Of a DNA stretch of 53,966 nucleotides, positions 33,224 through 42,011 are shown one piece after another; within the stretch, counting starts at the first letter, position 1, and each line of letters starts with the position of its first letter. Under the pieces are notes generated by a model. It saw only the letters and a program-made list of their open reading frames with translations, made no database searches and was not told the origin of the DNA. The position numbers and the translations under genes are program-made. Origin of the DNA: a virus; IMG/VR virus record IMGVR_UViG_3300043639_000022, positions 1 to 53,966 of that record, one strand, 5' to 3'.

Positions 33224-33543
33224 GTACCCAAATACCGACACACGATCAACTCGTGGACTTCGCTTACATCATGCATAAAACGCAGTGGCAGTTTGACGAT
33301 GAACCAGGCGAACGAGTGATCGACTATTTCTCTAAACCGCACAAGTGGGAGAGTGAATATCAACGCTGGCAAGAGCTCGGCGGCTCACTCGATAAGGACT
33401 GTATCGAGAGGTTCGAGTTCTTTATGGATCGAAAGCAAGACACCGGCGAGTGCCAGAAGTGCAACGGGCGACCATCGGATAGTCAGCACGACATGAAACA
33501 CGCTGGGATTGGATCGCACGAGTTTGAAGAAGACGAGGACTAA
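33220..33543 (+). CDS. Hypothetical protein
   Basis: 107-aa ORF. Confidence 0.4.
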   Translation: MSTQIPTHDQLVDFAYIMHKTQWQFDDEPGERVIDYFSKPHKWESEYQRWQELGGSLDKDCIERFEFFMDRKQDTGECQKCNGRPSDSQHDMKHAGIGSHEFEEDED

Positions 33544-33551
33544 CTACCGCG

Positions 33552-33848
33552 ATGATTCTCAAGTCTCAACTCAAATTCGCCAGTGACGAGCAGAAGCGTA
33601 AAGCGAAGCGTTGCCATTCATTTGAACGCCAACAGGAAGTCTATGTCATTCCCCGCGATCAGACGAAGGATGCTCGCATTGTAGTCTTTCTGGCTGAAGG
33701 GATTCTCTGTATGACCGCTGACGGGATTTATTGCCGCGCTAATCAGATGGGCCATTTGTGCTATCACGTTTTGGCGGGTGCGCGTCGAAAGTTATTGAAC
33801 GCGAAACGACGCTCGACCATTGCGAGTAAACGATTGAGGGCAGCATGA
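33552..33848 (+). CDS. SWIM-type zinc-finger protein
   Basis: CMTADGIYCRANQMGHLCYHVLA (CxC...CxH). Confidence 0.45.
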   Translation: MILKSQLKFASDEQKRKAKRCHSFERQQEVYVIPRDQTKDARIVVFLAEGILCMTADGIYCRANQMGHLCYHVLAGARRKLLNAKRRSTIASKRLRAA

Positions 33849-34186
33849 AAACAATCATCGCCGGATCGCGCACGATTACAAATAGAAACGAGATAGCCGT
33901 AGCCGTTGCGCGTTCACGATTTCAAATCTCAGAAGTCGTCTCAGGCGGTGCGCGTGGCATCGACCAACTCGGAGAGCGTTGGGCTGAGACGAATGAAATA
34001 CCAATCAAGCAATTTCTCCCACGCTATGAGACGTTTGGAAAGAAAGCCCCGATCATACGCAACGCTGAAATGGCACGTTACGCCGATGCGCTGATTGCGA
34101 TTTGGGACGGTAAAAGCGGCGGGACGCGCAACATGATTGAGCAAGCAAAGAAGTACGGACTCCGACTGTACGTGGTAACGAAGTGA
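33845..34186 (+). CDS. DUF2493 / SLOG-fold protein
   Basis: IIAGSR...VVSGGARGIDQLGERWA...IAIWDGKSGGTRNMI. Confidence 0.6.
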   Translation: MKTIIAGSRTITNRNEIAVAVARSRFQISEVVSGGARGIDQLGERWAETNEIPIKQFLPRYETFGKKAPIIRNAEMARYADALIAIWDGKSGGTRNMIEQAKKYGLRLYVVTK

Positions 34187-34629
34187 ACGAACTGACGTAT
34201 AGCACGAACCTGAAGCCCGCGAAGTTGAAACTGAAGCGTTCAGCAATGAAGCGCGGCGTCAAGAAACTGCGACCCGTCAGGAAGTCAGCGATCAACTCGG
34301 AACACTGGCTAAAGAGTAAGTTGACGATCGCGTTCTCGAAGTTCATCCGTGCGCGAGATCCGTTTTGCTACTGCGGGCAACCGTCGACAGAGAATGGTCA
34401 TTACTTCAGCCGTGCGGTTCCCTCAACTGAATATGAGCCTGATGCGTGTCTTGGCTCCTGTAGTCGCTGCAACCTACTCCACGAGACAAATCCGGCGCCG
34501 ATGAAGCGCGCACTGATCGCCAGGATAGGTGAAGAACGATTCAGCGAGCTCGAGCAGAAAAGCTGGGATCATTCCAAGTTGACTTATTCAGAATTAGAAG
34601 ACCTTTGCGAGTTATACCGGGAGAGATAA
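34183..34629 (+). CDS. ninG: NinG-like recombination protein
   Basis: FSKFIRARDPFCYCGQ...NGHYFSR...CSRCNLLHETN...IARIGEERFSELE. Confidence 0.65.
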   Translation: MNELTYSTNLKPAKLKLKRSAMKRGVKKLRPVRKSAINSEHWLKSKLTIAFSKFIRARDPFCYCGQPSTENGHYFSRAVPSTEYEPDACLGSCSRCNLLHETNPAPMKRALIARIGEERFSELEQKSWDHSKLTYSELEDLCELYRER

Positions 34630-35132
34630 TGAATAAACTTCTACCCTGCCTCGCCTTACTGACCATCTCGAGTATCTGCATGGCCGATGGTGTCAACAAG
34701 CCTAAGAAGAAACGTCACAAGGCTGCTGTGGTCAAGCAAGACACTAAGCCTGCGGCCAAGCCGAAGCTCCCGTCTCTGCTCACATCCAAGTACGACTTGA
34801 TTGCAGAACCATTCGTCAGACCGTTACGACCACTCAACGAGATTCCGCCATTGCCGGCTGAAGTGTTGGTGACAACCGAGACGAGAGTTTATGATTTCGA
34901 GGAGGACAAGAAACCTAAGTGGGCCTGGTTGCTACTCGGTACAGCAGCGATACCGTTTCTGATCCCTCATGGACATGATGATGTGATACCAGTCCCGCCA
35001 GTAGGCCCAGCACCGCAGATTGCGCCTCAGAGTGTGCCGCCGACAGCAGTGCCAGAAGGTTCGACGCTGCTTTTGCTGTCGATTGGGTTTGTGTGTCTAG
35101 GTTTCTCAATCAGAAGGAGGCGGAATGCCTGA
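34629..35132 (+). CDS. Exported protein with PEP-CTERM sorting signal
   Basis: Signal peptide MNKLLPCLALLTISSICMA. C-terminus VPEGSTLLLLSIGFVCLGFSIRRRRNA has a PE(P)-like motif, TM helix and Arg cluster. Confidence 0.6.
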   Translation: MNKLLPCLALLTISSICMADGVNKPKKKRHKAAVVKQDTKPAAKPKLPSLLTSKYDLIAEPFVRPLRPLNEIPPLPAEVLVTTETRVYDFEEDKKPKWAWLLLGTAAIPFLIPHGHDDVIPVPPVGPAPQIAPQSVPPTAVPEGSTLLLLSIGFVCLGFSIRRRRNA

Positions 35133-35319
35133 ATCCCAACCACCAATCAAGCATCAATGTCGCTATTGTGCCAAGTTCGCCGCTGATATTGTCGATGTTG
35201 AACTGCGTCCCGATGGGTGCAACTGGACGCAAGCCTACGCGTCTCGTGTCTGTGGAAAATGCCGAAAATACTTGCAAGGACGGTTTCGCTATCCTAATCG
35301 AAAGGCGACCACGAAATGA
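35125..35319 (+). CDS. Zinc-ribbon protein
   Basis: CRYC...CGKC. Confidence 0.4.
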   Translation: MPESQPPIKHQCRYCAKFAADIVDVELRPDGCNWTQAYASRVCGKCRKYLQGRFRYPNRKATTK

Positions 35320-35459
35320 CCACCCAACCACCAATGACGAGTGAGCGAGATAGCGAGCAAGCCCGAGCGATAGGTGGTGCTGTCAAGGTAATCCCGATTG
35401 CAGCATGAGTTTCAGTCAGCGTGAAACCAAAGAGGCCCGTAACGAAGGGAACAGCAAAC

Positions 35460-35651
35460 ATGAGTGAGAAGTGGATCGCGGTTAAAGACGATCTGCCGCC
35501 GAAGTCGGTCATGGTTGACACCAAGATTGACGACGAAGATGGCCTTCGCAATGAGCAGCAACTTTGCTTTCACAGCAACCTTTGGTGGACAGGCGACGAC
35601 GGAAACGCGATGTATGTTTACTACTGTCCGACGCATTGGAGACAGCCATGA
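35460..35651 (+). CDS. DUF551-like protein
   Basis: MSEKWIAVKDDLPPKSVMV... Confidence 0.45.
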   Translation: MSEKWIAVKDDLPPKSVMVDTKIDDEDGLRNEQQLCFHSNLWWTGDDGNAMYVYYCPTHWRQP

Positions 35652-36091
35652 CTAAACCAACCACTACCCCAACAGAAATAGATTTGCTTAGGGATGAACT
35701 CGCCACGCATGGCAAGACTTGCGATTGCGCTCACAAACTGATGTGCGAAGACCGCGAAGTGTGGTTGCTCTCACAAATTGAGCCAACTAAATATACGAGT
35801 CCACGCAAGTCCGTACCGAATCAGATTCAGCGAATTGAGGAAGAACTAAACGCTGCTCATATTCCTAAAGAAGTTTGGATCGGCACAGACTCGACCGCCG
35901 ACCGTGTGACGTGGCTGATTACACGCAACAAGTTGAACCAGCAAAACTCCCGCTCGCGTCACACGGCACTACAGAACTGCGCGGAAGTTATTGAGGCCGC
36001 GCTTATCAGCACCGACTCGCCGGAATGGAGAGAAGCGGCTGAGTACGCACTTCAACTTGCGGGCCGACGACAAAGCAAAAGGATGATTTGA
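35648..36091 (+). CDS. Hypothetical protein
   Basis: Start MTKPTTTP (ATGA overlap). Confidence 0.4.
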   Translation: MTKPTTTPTEIDLLRDELATHGKTCDCAHKLMCEDREVWLLSQIEPTKYTSPRKSVPNQIQRIEEELNAAHIPKEVWIGTDSTADRVTWLITRNKLNQQNSRSRHTALQNCAEVIEAALISTDSPEWREAAEYALQLAGRRQSKRMI

Positions 36092-36092
36092 A

Positions 36093-36551
36093 ATGACCAC
36101 TACCCCAACACCCGTAGTAGCAGGAGACGCAATCATGGAACTAGAAGCCGATGTGACCGCGTTGACGTATCACCTACGCCGCGCACTCGATGTACTCAAA
36201 GGCGAGACGCCGCTTGATGTAAGCCAAGTTCAGGAAGCAGAACGAGCACTGGAGAATTGCGTCACTGGAGGCGCAGGGTGTGAGTGGTTGCCTGTCGGTG
36301 AAGTGTGGCCCGCGATGTATCGCATGGTGCTCGTTGCCACCGATAAGTTTGAAGGTTCAGCACCCGCTATCAACGTCGGCTACATGAAGTACGCAGCGGG
36401 CGACAAGGATTGTCCCTACTTCGTCTGTCCCGGCGCACAGGCGCGATTCAAACCGCTCTACTGGTGCGACTGCTTGGGCGACGCCTTTGCGCCTCCAAAT
36501 TGGCAAATGAAGCAGCCCGCACCACCTGAAGGAAAGGAAAACAATGACTGA
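36093..36551 (+). CDS. Hypothetical protein with DUF551-like C-terminal part
   Basis: EWLPVGEVWPAMYRMVLVA... Confidence 0.4.
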   Translation: MTTTPTPVVAGDAIMELEADVTALTYHLRRALDVLKGETPLDVSQVQEAERALENCVTGGAGCEWLPVGEVWPAMYRMVLVATDKFEGSAPAINVGYMKYAAGDKDCPYFVCPGAQARFKPLYWCDCLGDAFAPPNWQMKQPAPPEGKENND

Positions 36552-36726
36552 CTACTGGCTACAGCAAATCGTTGATGCTCTACGCACAGCGATTGGTCTA
36601 ATGTTTCCGGTTGCGCTTTATCTTGGAGTTGTTCTAGTGGTAGCCGCTGTCATTGTTCGTGATGGGCTAGCAGAAGTTGCTAAGGCTATCAGGGAAGCGA
36701 AGGAAAGGAAAGCAAATGACCAATGA
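36544..36726 (+). CDS. Small membrane protein
   Basis: FPVALYLGVVLVVAAVIV. Confidence 0.4.
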   Translation: MTDYWLQQIVDALRTAIGLMFPVALYLGVVLVVAAVIVRDGLAEVAKAIREAKERKANDQ

Positions 36727-37183
36727 CGACTCCATCTCTAGACGAGAAGCGATGCACGCCTGCTTGCTTGAGCAGGTAGACGCAGACTATACCAAGCAAG
36801 AATCTGACTATGCTTACAATCGAGGCTGCAAAGACTGCGCTGAAGCGGTATCGGTGTTGCCCGCCACGCAACCAGCACTCGCTAGTGAGGGAGTAAGAAA
36901 AGCGGCGGAGGCGATAGCTAACGACGACGATTGGGGGCCAGCATGGAAAGACCACGAAGCCCGAGTCAAGCGAATTGCCGCGATCATCTCCCGCCACGTC
37001 TCCCCTACTGCCGAGCAGATGAGAGCCGCGATTAAGGAACTCATTGATGTGATGGAGATTCAAGAACAGCGAGAGACAGAGGCGTTCCACTTACATGTCA
37101 GTCAGTTTAGACCGATGTGGGATGAGGCAAAAGCAAAAGGTCGTGCCGCCCTGAATACGTCAACGCCCCAACCCGAAAGCTGA
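36716..37183 (+). CDS. Hypothetical protein
   Basis: Start MTNDDSISRRE with AAGGAAAGGAA upstream. Confidence 0.4.
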   Translation: MTNDDSISRREAMHACLLEQVDADYTKQESDYAYNRGCKDCAEAVSVLPATQPALASEGVRKAAEAIANDDDWGPAWKDHEARVKRIAAIISRHVSPTAEQMRAAIKELIDVMEIQEQRETEAFHLHVSQFRPMWDEAKAKGRAALNTSTPQPES

Positions 37184-37233
37184 GGCGTGGACATTTCTCT
37201 GTCATCCAGTGCTGGTAACGAAACGAGTATAGC

Positions 37234-37602
37234 ATGAACAACAATGACAACGATCAACTTTTGCCGTGTCCATTTTGTTCTGATGGTGGCGACGTGTGGC
37301 AACCCGCACGTTTAGAAGTTATCAGGTGCTCGTCATGTGGCGCAGAAGGCCCACGCGGTAAGACCGATGACGAGATAGTCAGACTATGGAACGCCCGCGC
37401 TACTGCCGAGCAGATGAAGAATGAAGTCGTTGACGAAGTTCAGCGGCGCATGGATGCGGTGGTTGAGGCCGCTGTCGAGTGGCATCAAGCGTGTGGAGAG
37501 AATAACGAATGGTTCGAGAAGGCTGGCACGCTGGCCTGTGCTATTGATTCGTTATTAGCGTTGCGAGACAAGCCTGCGTTGCAACAAGTGGAGGTGAAGT
37601 AG
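37234..37602 (+). CDS. lar: Lar-family restriction alleviation protein
   Basis: LLPCPFCSDGG...VIRCSSCGAEGP...EIVRLWNARA. Confidence 0.6.
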   Translation: MNNNDNDQLLPCPFCSDGGDVWQPARLEVIRCSSCGAEGPRGKTDDEIVRLWNARATAEQMKNEVVDEVQRRMDAVVEAAVEWHQACGENNEWFEKAGTLACAIDSLLALRDKPALQQVEVK

Positions 37603-37656
37603 ATATCAGCTAACGCCCCGAAGGGAAATGATTGCTGTTAGGAATGTGGCGCTGTT

Positions 37657-37809
37657 ATGCTCAAACAGATGAATCTCATCTTCTTACCCTACTACTTCCA
37701 GTATTACGTTGACCGACCAGGCTTATTGGTCCTTGCGCTTTTCTTTCTTGTGCTGACGATTGTCGGCTTAGTAACTATGCTCAAGGGAGAGTTTCGTGAT
37801 GATATGTGA
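37657..37809 (+). CDS. Small membrane protein (50 aa)
   Basis: Manual translation MLKQMNLIFLPYYFQYYVDRPGLLVLALFFLVLTIVGLVTMLKGEFRDDM. Confidence 0.3.
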   Translation: MLKQMNLIFLPYYFQYYVDRPGLLVLALFFLVLTIVGLVTMLKGEFRDDM

Positions 37810-37978
37810 TAGATGCGCTGACCGCCGTCATAGCCACTGTGAACTCAAGCAGAAATGTGGCTGTCGGTCTTGGAAGTGCTGTCAAGCCTTTGGCCGGTCC
37901 GTTCCGTCACTCAGTATCTTGGCGAGAATCGTATGGTGGTTTAAGTTGAACTTCATCTACGGTGTCGAACGCTACTGA
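37796..37978 (+). CDS. Small Cys-rich protein
   Basis: 60-aa ORF, CDRC...HC...CGC...CC. The 3' end overlaps the convergent late gene by 7 nt. Confidence 0.3.
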   Translation: MMICDRCADRRHSHCELKQKCGCRSWKCCQAFGRSVPSLSILARIVWWFKLNFIYGVERY

Positions 37979-40188
37979 GTAATACACCCACTCGCCCAAG
38001 TACAGACTGTAATTCCGGTTGCACCTAACCCTGTTAATAGCGTAGACCAATCAACGCCTGGATCAGTTCCCGCCGTTCCCATTCCCTTATAGCTACTAAG
38101 CGCGGTTAGTGAGTAGTTACCCGCCGTCGCGCCGGATTGAGCGTTAGTAAAGCCCACGCTACTGAACGAGGTAATCACTGGACAGATGTTTGCTCCGCTG
38201 CCCCACTCGCTCGACGCACCGCAATGAGTCGCTCCTGAACCTGCTGTGTCGTTCTCTACGACCACGTTGTTAGAGAACGATGCGCCAGGATAGCAACCCG
38301 CAAGACCACCCGCGCCGCCACAGGTATCGAGAGCCTGCATCCCGTAAGTCTGATAGGCAACGATATTGTCTCGAAAGACAAAGTTCGTGACAGGAGCACC
38401 GTAAACACCCCAGGTATCATAGTAAGCAAAGGCTGTGTTGGCAGTGTTGATGACGGTGTTGTGGTACACCTGCATGTCATCGACATTTTTCGAGTAGGCC
38501 AATGACGAAACATTCTTGATGAGGTTGTTGTAAATCAGAACGTGTTTAGTGGGATCAATCGTCGCGTAGTTTCCCGCATCAACTACTCCAAAGGCTTCCC
38601 GTGTTCCCGCTGTCGGATCTAGGTCAGGCGCAATCCAGTTGTTCCTAATTGTGATGTACTTACAAGTGGACCACGGAGCTGTGCCGTACTGATTGCCGGG
38701 GTAAGTCGTCAGGATCGCCGGATAGCCGAGAACATAATTACCTTCAAAGGTGAAGCGGTTAATGTTCTTGATCTCGTACAGACCTTTCGGAGTCGCCCCG
38801 CTTCGAGCTAAGACATCAGCGGCAAACACTGGCTCAACATAGAATGTGTTGCGCTTGATTAGAACGTCGTTTACTAACCCTTGATCGCCGTAGTTCCAAT
38901 CGGCCACCACTGCACTGTTAGAAGCAAGAGCGTTCGTGCCAAAGGGTGTGTAATTCACCGTCGAACCGACAACGCTCGTGACTACAGCAGTTTCGTACAC
39001 CGTCCAAGTAACAGTGCCTGGAGTTGATGATGCCGATCGGGTTCTAGCCCATGTATAAGTCCCGCCTGAGACCGTACAGATGCCAATGTAGCCATCAAAG
39101 TTATCGACCACATTGCGGGTAATGCCGTACATGATCGCGTCTGATGACGTGAGAGAACTTCCTGAGAGACGGGTTAGCGTGGCTGACGAGTAAGGCATCG
39201 AACCATTCGCGGGAAACGAACCGTTGCACGAATCATTCAGTCCAGTAGCGTCAAGCGTGGCAGTGCCAGTGAAAGCCAACCGAAGCATCCCGCCGGCGGT
39301 GAGTCCAGTGGTATTCGAGAAGGTTGCGCTCGTAGTCGTCGCCCCCGTTAAGGTTGCGGTATTCTGCGGCAGCGTATCGCCACCGCCAAAGAATCCGCTA
39401 TTCCACCACGAAGATAAGTAGTTATCTTCGAGCGTTGGAGATTGACACGAAACACACAAGAAGGCACTCGTCTCCATCTGCGTGTGCGTAAACGGAGATG
39501 AACCTTGCGCTTGAGATGTGTAGTAATACCCGATGAAGGGTTCCGTATAACACCACTTGTAGAGCAGCGTCGTCCCTTCAAATTGCACTGCGCGAATGAC
39601 TGCGCGATGGTAGCCAATACCGCTTTCAGTAGTTCCCGTTCCTGTTTCTTTCTGGTGCAGGTAGAGACGCTTGATAACGATGTCGTGACAGCCTGAGAAC
39701 GAATTGCCGAGATCGAGCAAGCTCTGGACTGTGTTCTCCACTCCTGGCGCGTCAGTGAGTTCTAATCCGTCAAGAGTCCAGAAGCCCGCATCCGTGGCAG
39801 TGGTGAATACCGACGCTCCCGAGCCTGCCGTTGTTCTAATCTTCGGCATGTTAGCCGCATCACTTGGCCCAACTCGTCCACTAGGTAGTGACGCCTTAGC
39901 GTCAGACTCGACCGTGCAGGGGCTTAAAGACGTGCAGGATCTATTCGGTAAGGTGAACACTCCGTCGAACGTGTCACCCGCATGGATAACAACCGTATCG
40001 CCGGCGACGACCGCATCAAGAGCATTCTGAAGGTTCGAGTAAGCGCAGTTGGGTGCAGACGCGACAGTCGCATTTGAGTGTCCGTTGCACTGAACTGTAG
40101 TTCCGCCGTTATTCCTCACGTACCAAGTCGAGGCGTTAGCGGAGGCGAACAGCCCGCAGATAAAAACGAGTGCGAGTATGAATTTCAT
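37972..40188 (-). CDS. Exported right-handed beta-helix (pectate-lyase-fold) protein, polysaccharide depolymerase candidate
   Basis: Start MKFILALVFICGLFASANA/STWYVRNNGG...LQNALDAVVAGDTVVIHAGDTF, then many N/G/T-rich repeat turns. Confidence 0.55.
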   Translation of the reverse strand: MKFILALVFICGLFASANASTWYVRNNGGTTVQCNGHSNATVASAPNCAYSNLQNALDAVVAGDTVVIHAGDTFDGVFTLPNRSCTSLSPCTVESDAKASLPSGRVGPSDAANMPKIRTTAGSGASVFTTATDAGFWTLDGLELTDAPGVENTVQSLLDLGNSFSGCHDIVIKRLYLHQKETGTGTTESGIGYHRAVIRAVQFEGTTLLYKWCYTEPFIGYYYTSQAQGSSPFTHTQMETSAFLCVSCQSPTLEDNYLSSWWNSGFFGGGDTLPQNTATLTGATTTSATFSNTTGLTAGGMLRLAFTGTATLDATGLNDSCNGSFPANGSMPYSSATLTRLSGSSLTSSDAIMYGITRNVVDNFDGYIGICTVSGGTYTWARTRSASSTPGTVTWTVYETAVVTSVVGSTVNYTPFGTNALASNSAVVADWNYGDQGLVNDVLIKRNTFYVEPVFAADVLARSGATPKGLYEIKNINRFTFEGNYVLGYPAILTTYPGNQYGTAPWSTCKYITIRNNWIAPDLDPTAGTREAFGVVDAGNYATIDPTKHVLIYNNLIKNVSSLAYSKNVDDMQVYHNTVINTANTAFAYYDTWGVYGAPVTNFVFRDNIVAYQTYGMQALDTCGGAGGLAGCYPGASFSNNVVVENDTAGSGATHCGASSEWGSGANICPVITSFSSVGFTNAQSGATAGNYSLTALSSYKGMGTAGTDPGVDWSTLLTGLGATGITVCTWASGCITQ

Positions 40189-40196
40189 GCTTGAAA

Positions 40197-41255
40197 TCAA
40201 ATGCCAATACAGCCCAACGCCCATGTGCAGATCGGAATACCCGCCGCCCCTACTTCAGCAACTCCCATCTGCCAGTGGTTTGATCCATAGGGTTGATCGA
40301 GGTCAGTGGCTCCACAATAAAACAGCCACCATAGCCCGTTGATCTTAATCAAATGCGGAGTTGCCGTGTGGTAGCGATCAAACGCTCCAGGCGTTCCGGT
40401 CTTAGCTAGAAAAGGATTGATTGAGTAACGCACCCAGCCTGTACTTGGATCAGATGACGTAGCGAGTCTGACATCCCAATCAACGTCAGTGCCGCCACTT
40501 TCATAAGCCAGAAAGTAGGTTGAGCCAATCTTGAAGAGTTGATGGAACTCATGGTAGCGAGTGCCGTCGTGGTAAACATCAACTCCACCCTTAGTCCACG
40601 TCAGACCATCACTCGAACTCGCGTATCGATAAGCTGGTAACACGGCTCCCGATGCGCGATATGAATAGATTGCGTGCCATGATGAGCCTTCTCTAAGGAC
40701 AGCCAACTGAGATGTGTATGTTTCATCTCCTGAAGCCATCATCACCGGATTAGAAGCGTATCTAGTCCAGGTGAGTCCTAAGTCAGACGATCGCATCAAC
40801 CCAATTTGGTTTTGATGTGCCGTGTAGTACAACCAAATCTTAGAGTCGTCTGAATTGTAGAAACACGAGTCAACTCGAATCCCGTCGCCACCGTTTTCCC
40901 AGCCTGCAAGTATCTGTTCGGCCACCGGTAGCCCGCCATTACTGACTGTTAGCGTCGTGGGATCGCTCGTTGAGAAGGTTGCTCGACCGATTGATTGAGT
41001 TCCCGATGCCACCGGTGCGCCCATGCCGGAAAAGAACATGATCACCTGAGTACTATCGGATGGATTCACGACCGTACAAGGATCGAAAGATTGCGAGTCG
41101 AAAAAGTTTCCCTGACTCGTAGCGAGGGCAGCAATCTGATGACGCGTTCCTGGTGCGGGCAGTTGCGCTAACCCTGCCACTTGACAGACGAGAATGATCG
41201 CCAATAGCGAGAGGTATCTAGCAACCACTGAATGGATACTCCTTGCTCGCGCCAC
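40197..41255 (-). CDS. Exported beta-propeller glycoside-hydrolase-like protein (GH32/43/130-type fold candidate)
   Basis: Hydrophobic N-terminus LSLLAIILVCQVAGLAQ. Repeated blade-like segments ...SSDLGLTW..., ...SSDGLTWTK..., ...SSDPSTGW... . Start uncertain (38-nt overlap with the upstream gene). Confidence 0.4.
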   Translation of the reverse strand: MARARSIHSVVARYLSLLAIILVCQVAGLAQLPAPGTRHQIAALATSQGNFFDSQSFDPCTVVNPSDSTQVIMFFSGMGAPVASGTQSIGRATFSTSDPTTLTVSNGGLPVAEQILAGWENGGDGIRVDSCFYNSDDSKIWLYYTAHQNQIGLMRSSDLGLTWTRYASNPVMMASGDETYTSQLAVLREGSSWHAIYSYRASGAVLPAYRYASSSDGLTWTKGGVDVYHDGTRYHEFHQLFKIGSTYFLAYESGGTDVDWDVRLATSSDPSTGWVRYSINPFLAKTGTPGAFDRYHTATPHLIKINGLWWLFYCGATDLDQPYGSNHWQMGVAEVGAAGIPICTWALGCIGI

Positions 41256-42009
41256 TGTTGTACAGACAGGTTTTCTCGGTAGGTGTTAGCAGTCTCTTCC
41301 AAATAGCGACGTTATCGATCTCGCCCGGAAGGTAATCTTCAAAGCCTGAATAAGCTCGCGCTCCAATGCGAAACTCGGTAGAGGTGTTTTGTGGTGCGGT
41401 TCCAGTGGTGGAGACACTCACGGCAGTATTATTGTTGACCTGAATGTTGACTGTATCTGCCGTCGCGTCATGCCAAGCGACGATGTGATACCAAGTCGCG
41501 GTAGTGACGGATACCGCGTTGTCTGTCACGATGATCGACCCGTTGACATAGAACCGGAAACGACCTGTCCCTCCTGGATCTGAAATATCCAGCGTGTAAT
41601 CTCTGCTTGACGCAGGTGAATCGCTATCCTTGCTGACAATGGAGTACGAAATGCCGGAAGGAATCGAACTGAGCAGCACGTCAGCGACAATCGTAAAGTC
41701 GATATCACCCATCTTTACGTCTGCCGAAGTTCCAGCCAGAGAAAGATAATGGGTAGCACTACCATTAAGGTATACCGCGTTGCCGATTAGTCCTGTGTTG
41801 AAGGTTGCGCCTCCAGCATTCGTGAGAGTGTTTCCCCGTCCTGAAGCGTCGGTAGTATCCGAGAGTTTGTACGCTGCCGTGAGGCTAGTCAGGATAGGTG
41901 AACTACTGGTGACAATCGGACGCCTGACAACTTCTTGAGCCTTCTGCTTTGAACCAGCAAAGCAGAGCGCAAGGATGCAGAAGGGAAGTATTAAGAGTGC
42001 TCGTTTCAT
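41218..42009 (-). CDS. Exported LamG / concanavalin-A-like lectin domain protein
   Basis: Signal MKRALLILPFCILALCFAGS. LamG pattern GNAVYLNGSATHYL...DFTIVADVLL...FRFYVNG...WYHIVAWHD...EIDNVAIWKRLLT. Confidence 0.55.
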   Translation of the reverse strand: MKRALLILPFCILALCFAGSKQKAQEVVRRPIVTSSSPILTSLTAAYKLSDTTDASGRGNTLTNAGGATFNTGLIGNAVYLNGSATHYLSLAGTSADVKMGDIDFTIVADVLLSSIPSGISYSIVSKDSDSPASSRDYTLDISDPGGTGRFRFYVNGSIIVTDNAVSVTTATWYHIVAWHDATADTVNIQVNNNTAVSVSTTGTAPQNTSTEFRIGARAYSGFEDYLPGEIDNVAIWKRLLTPTEKTCLYNSGASKEYPFSGC

Positions 42010-42011
42010 AA

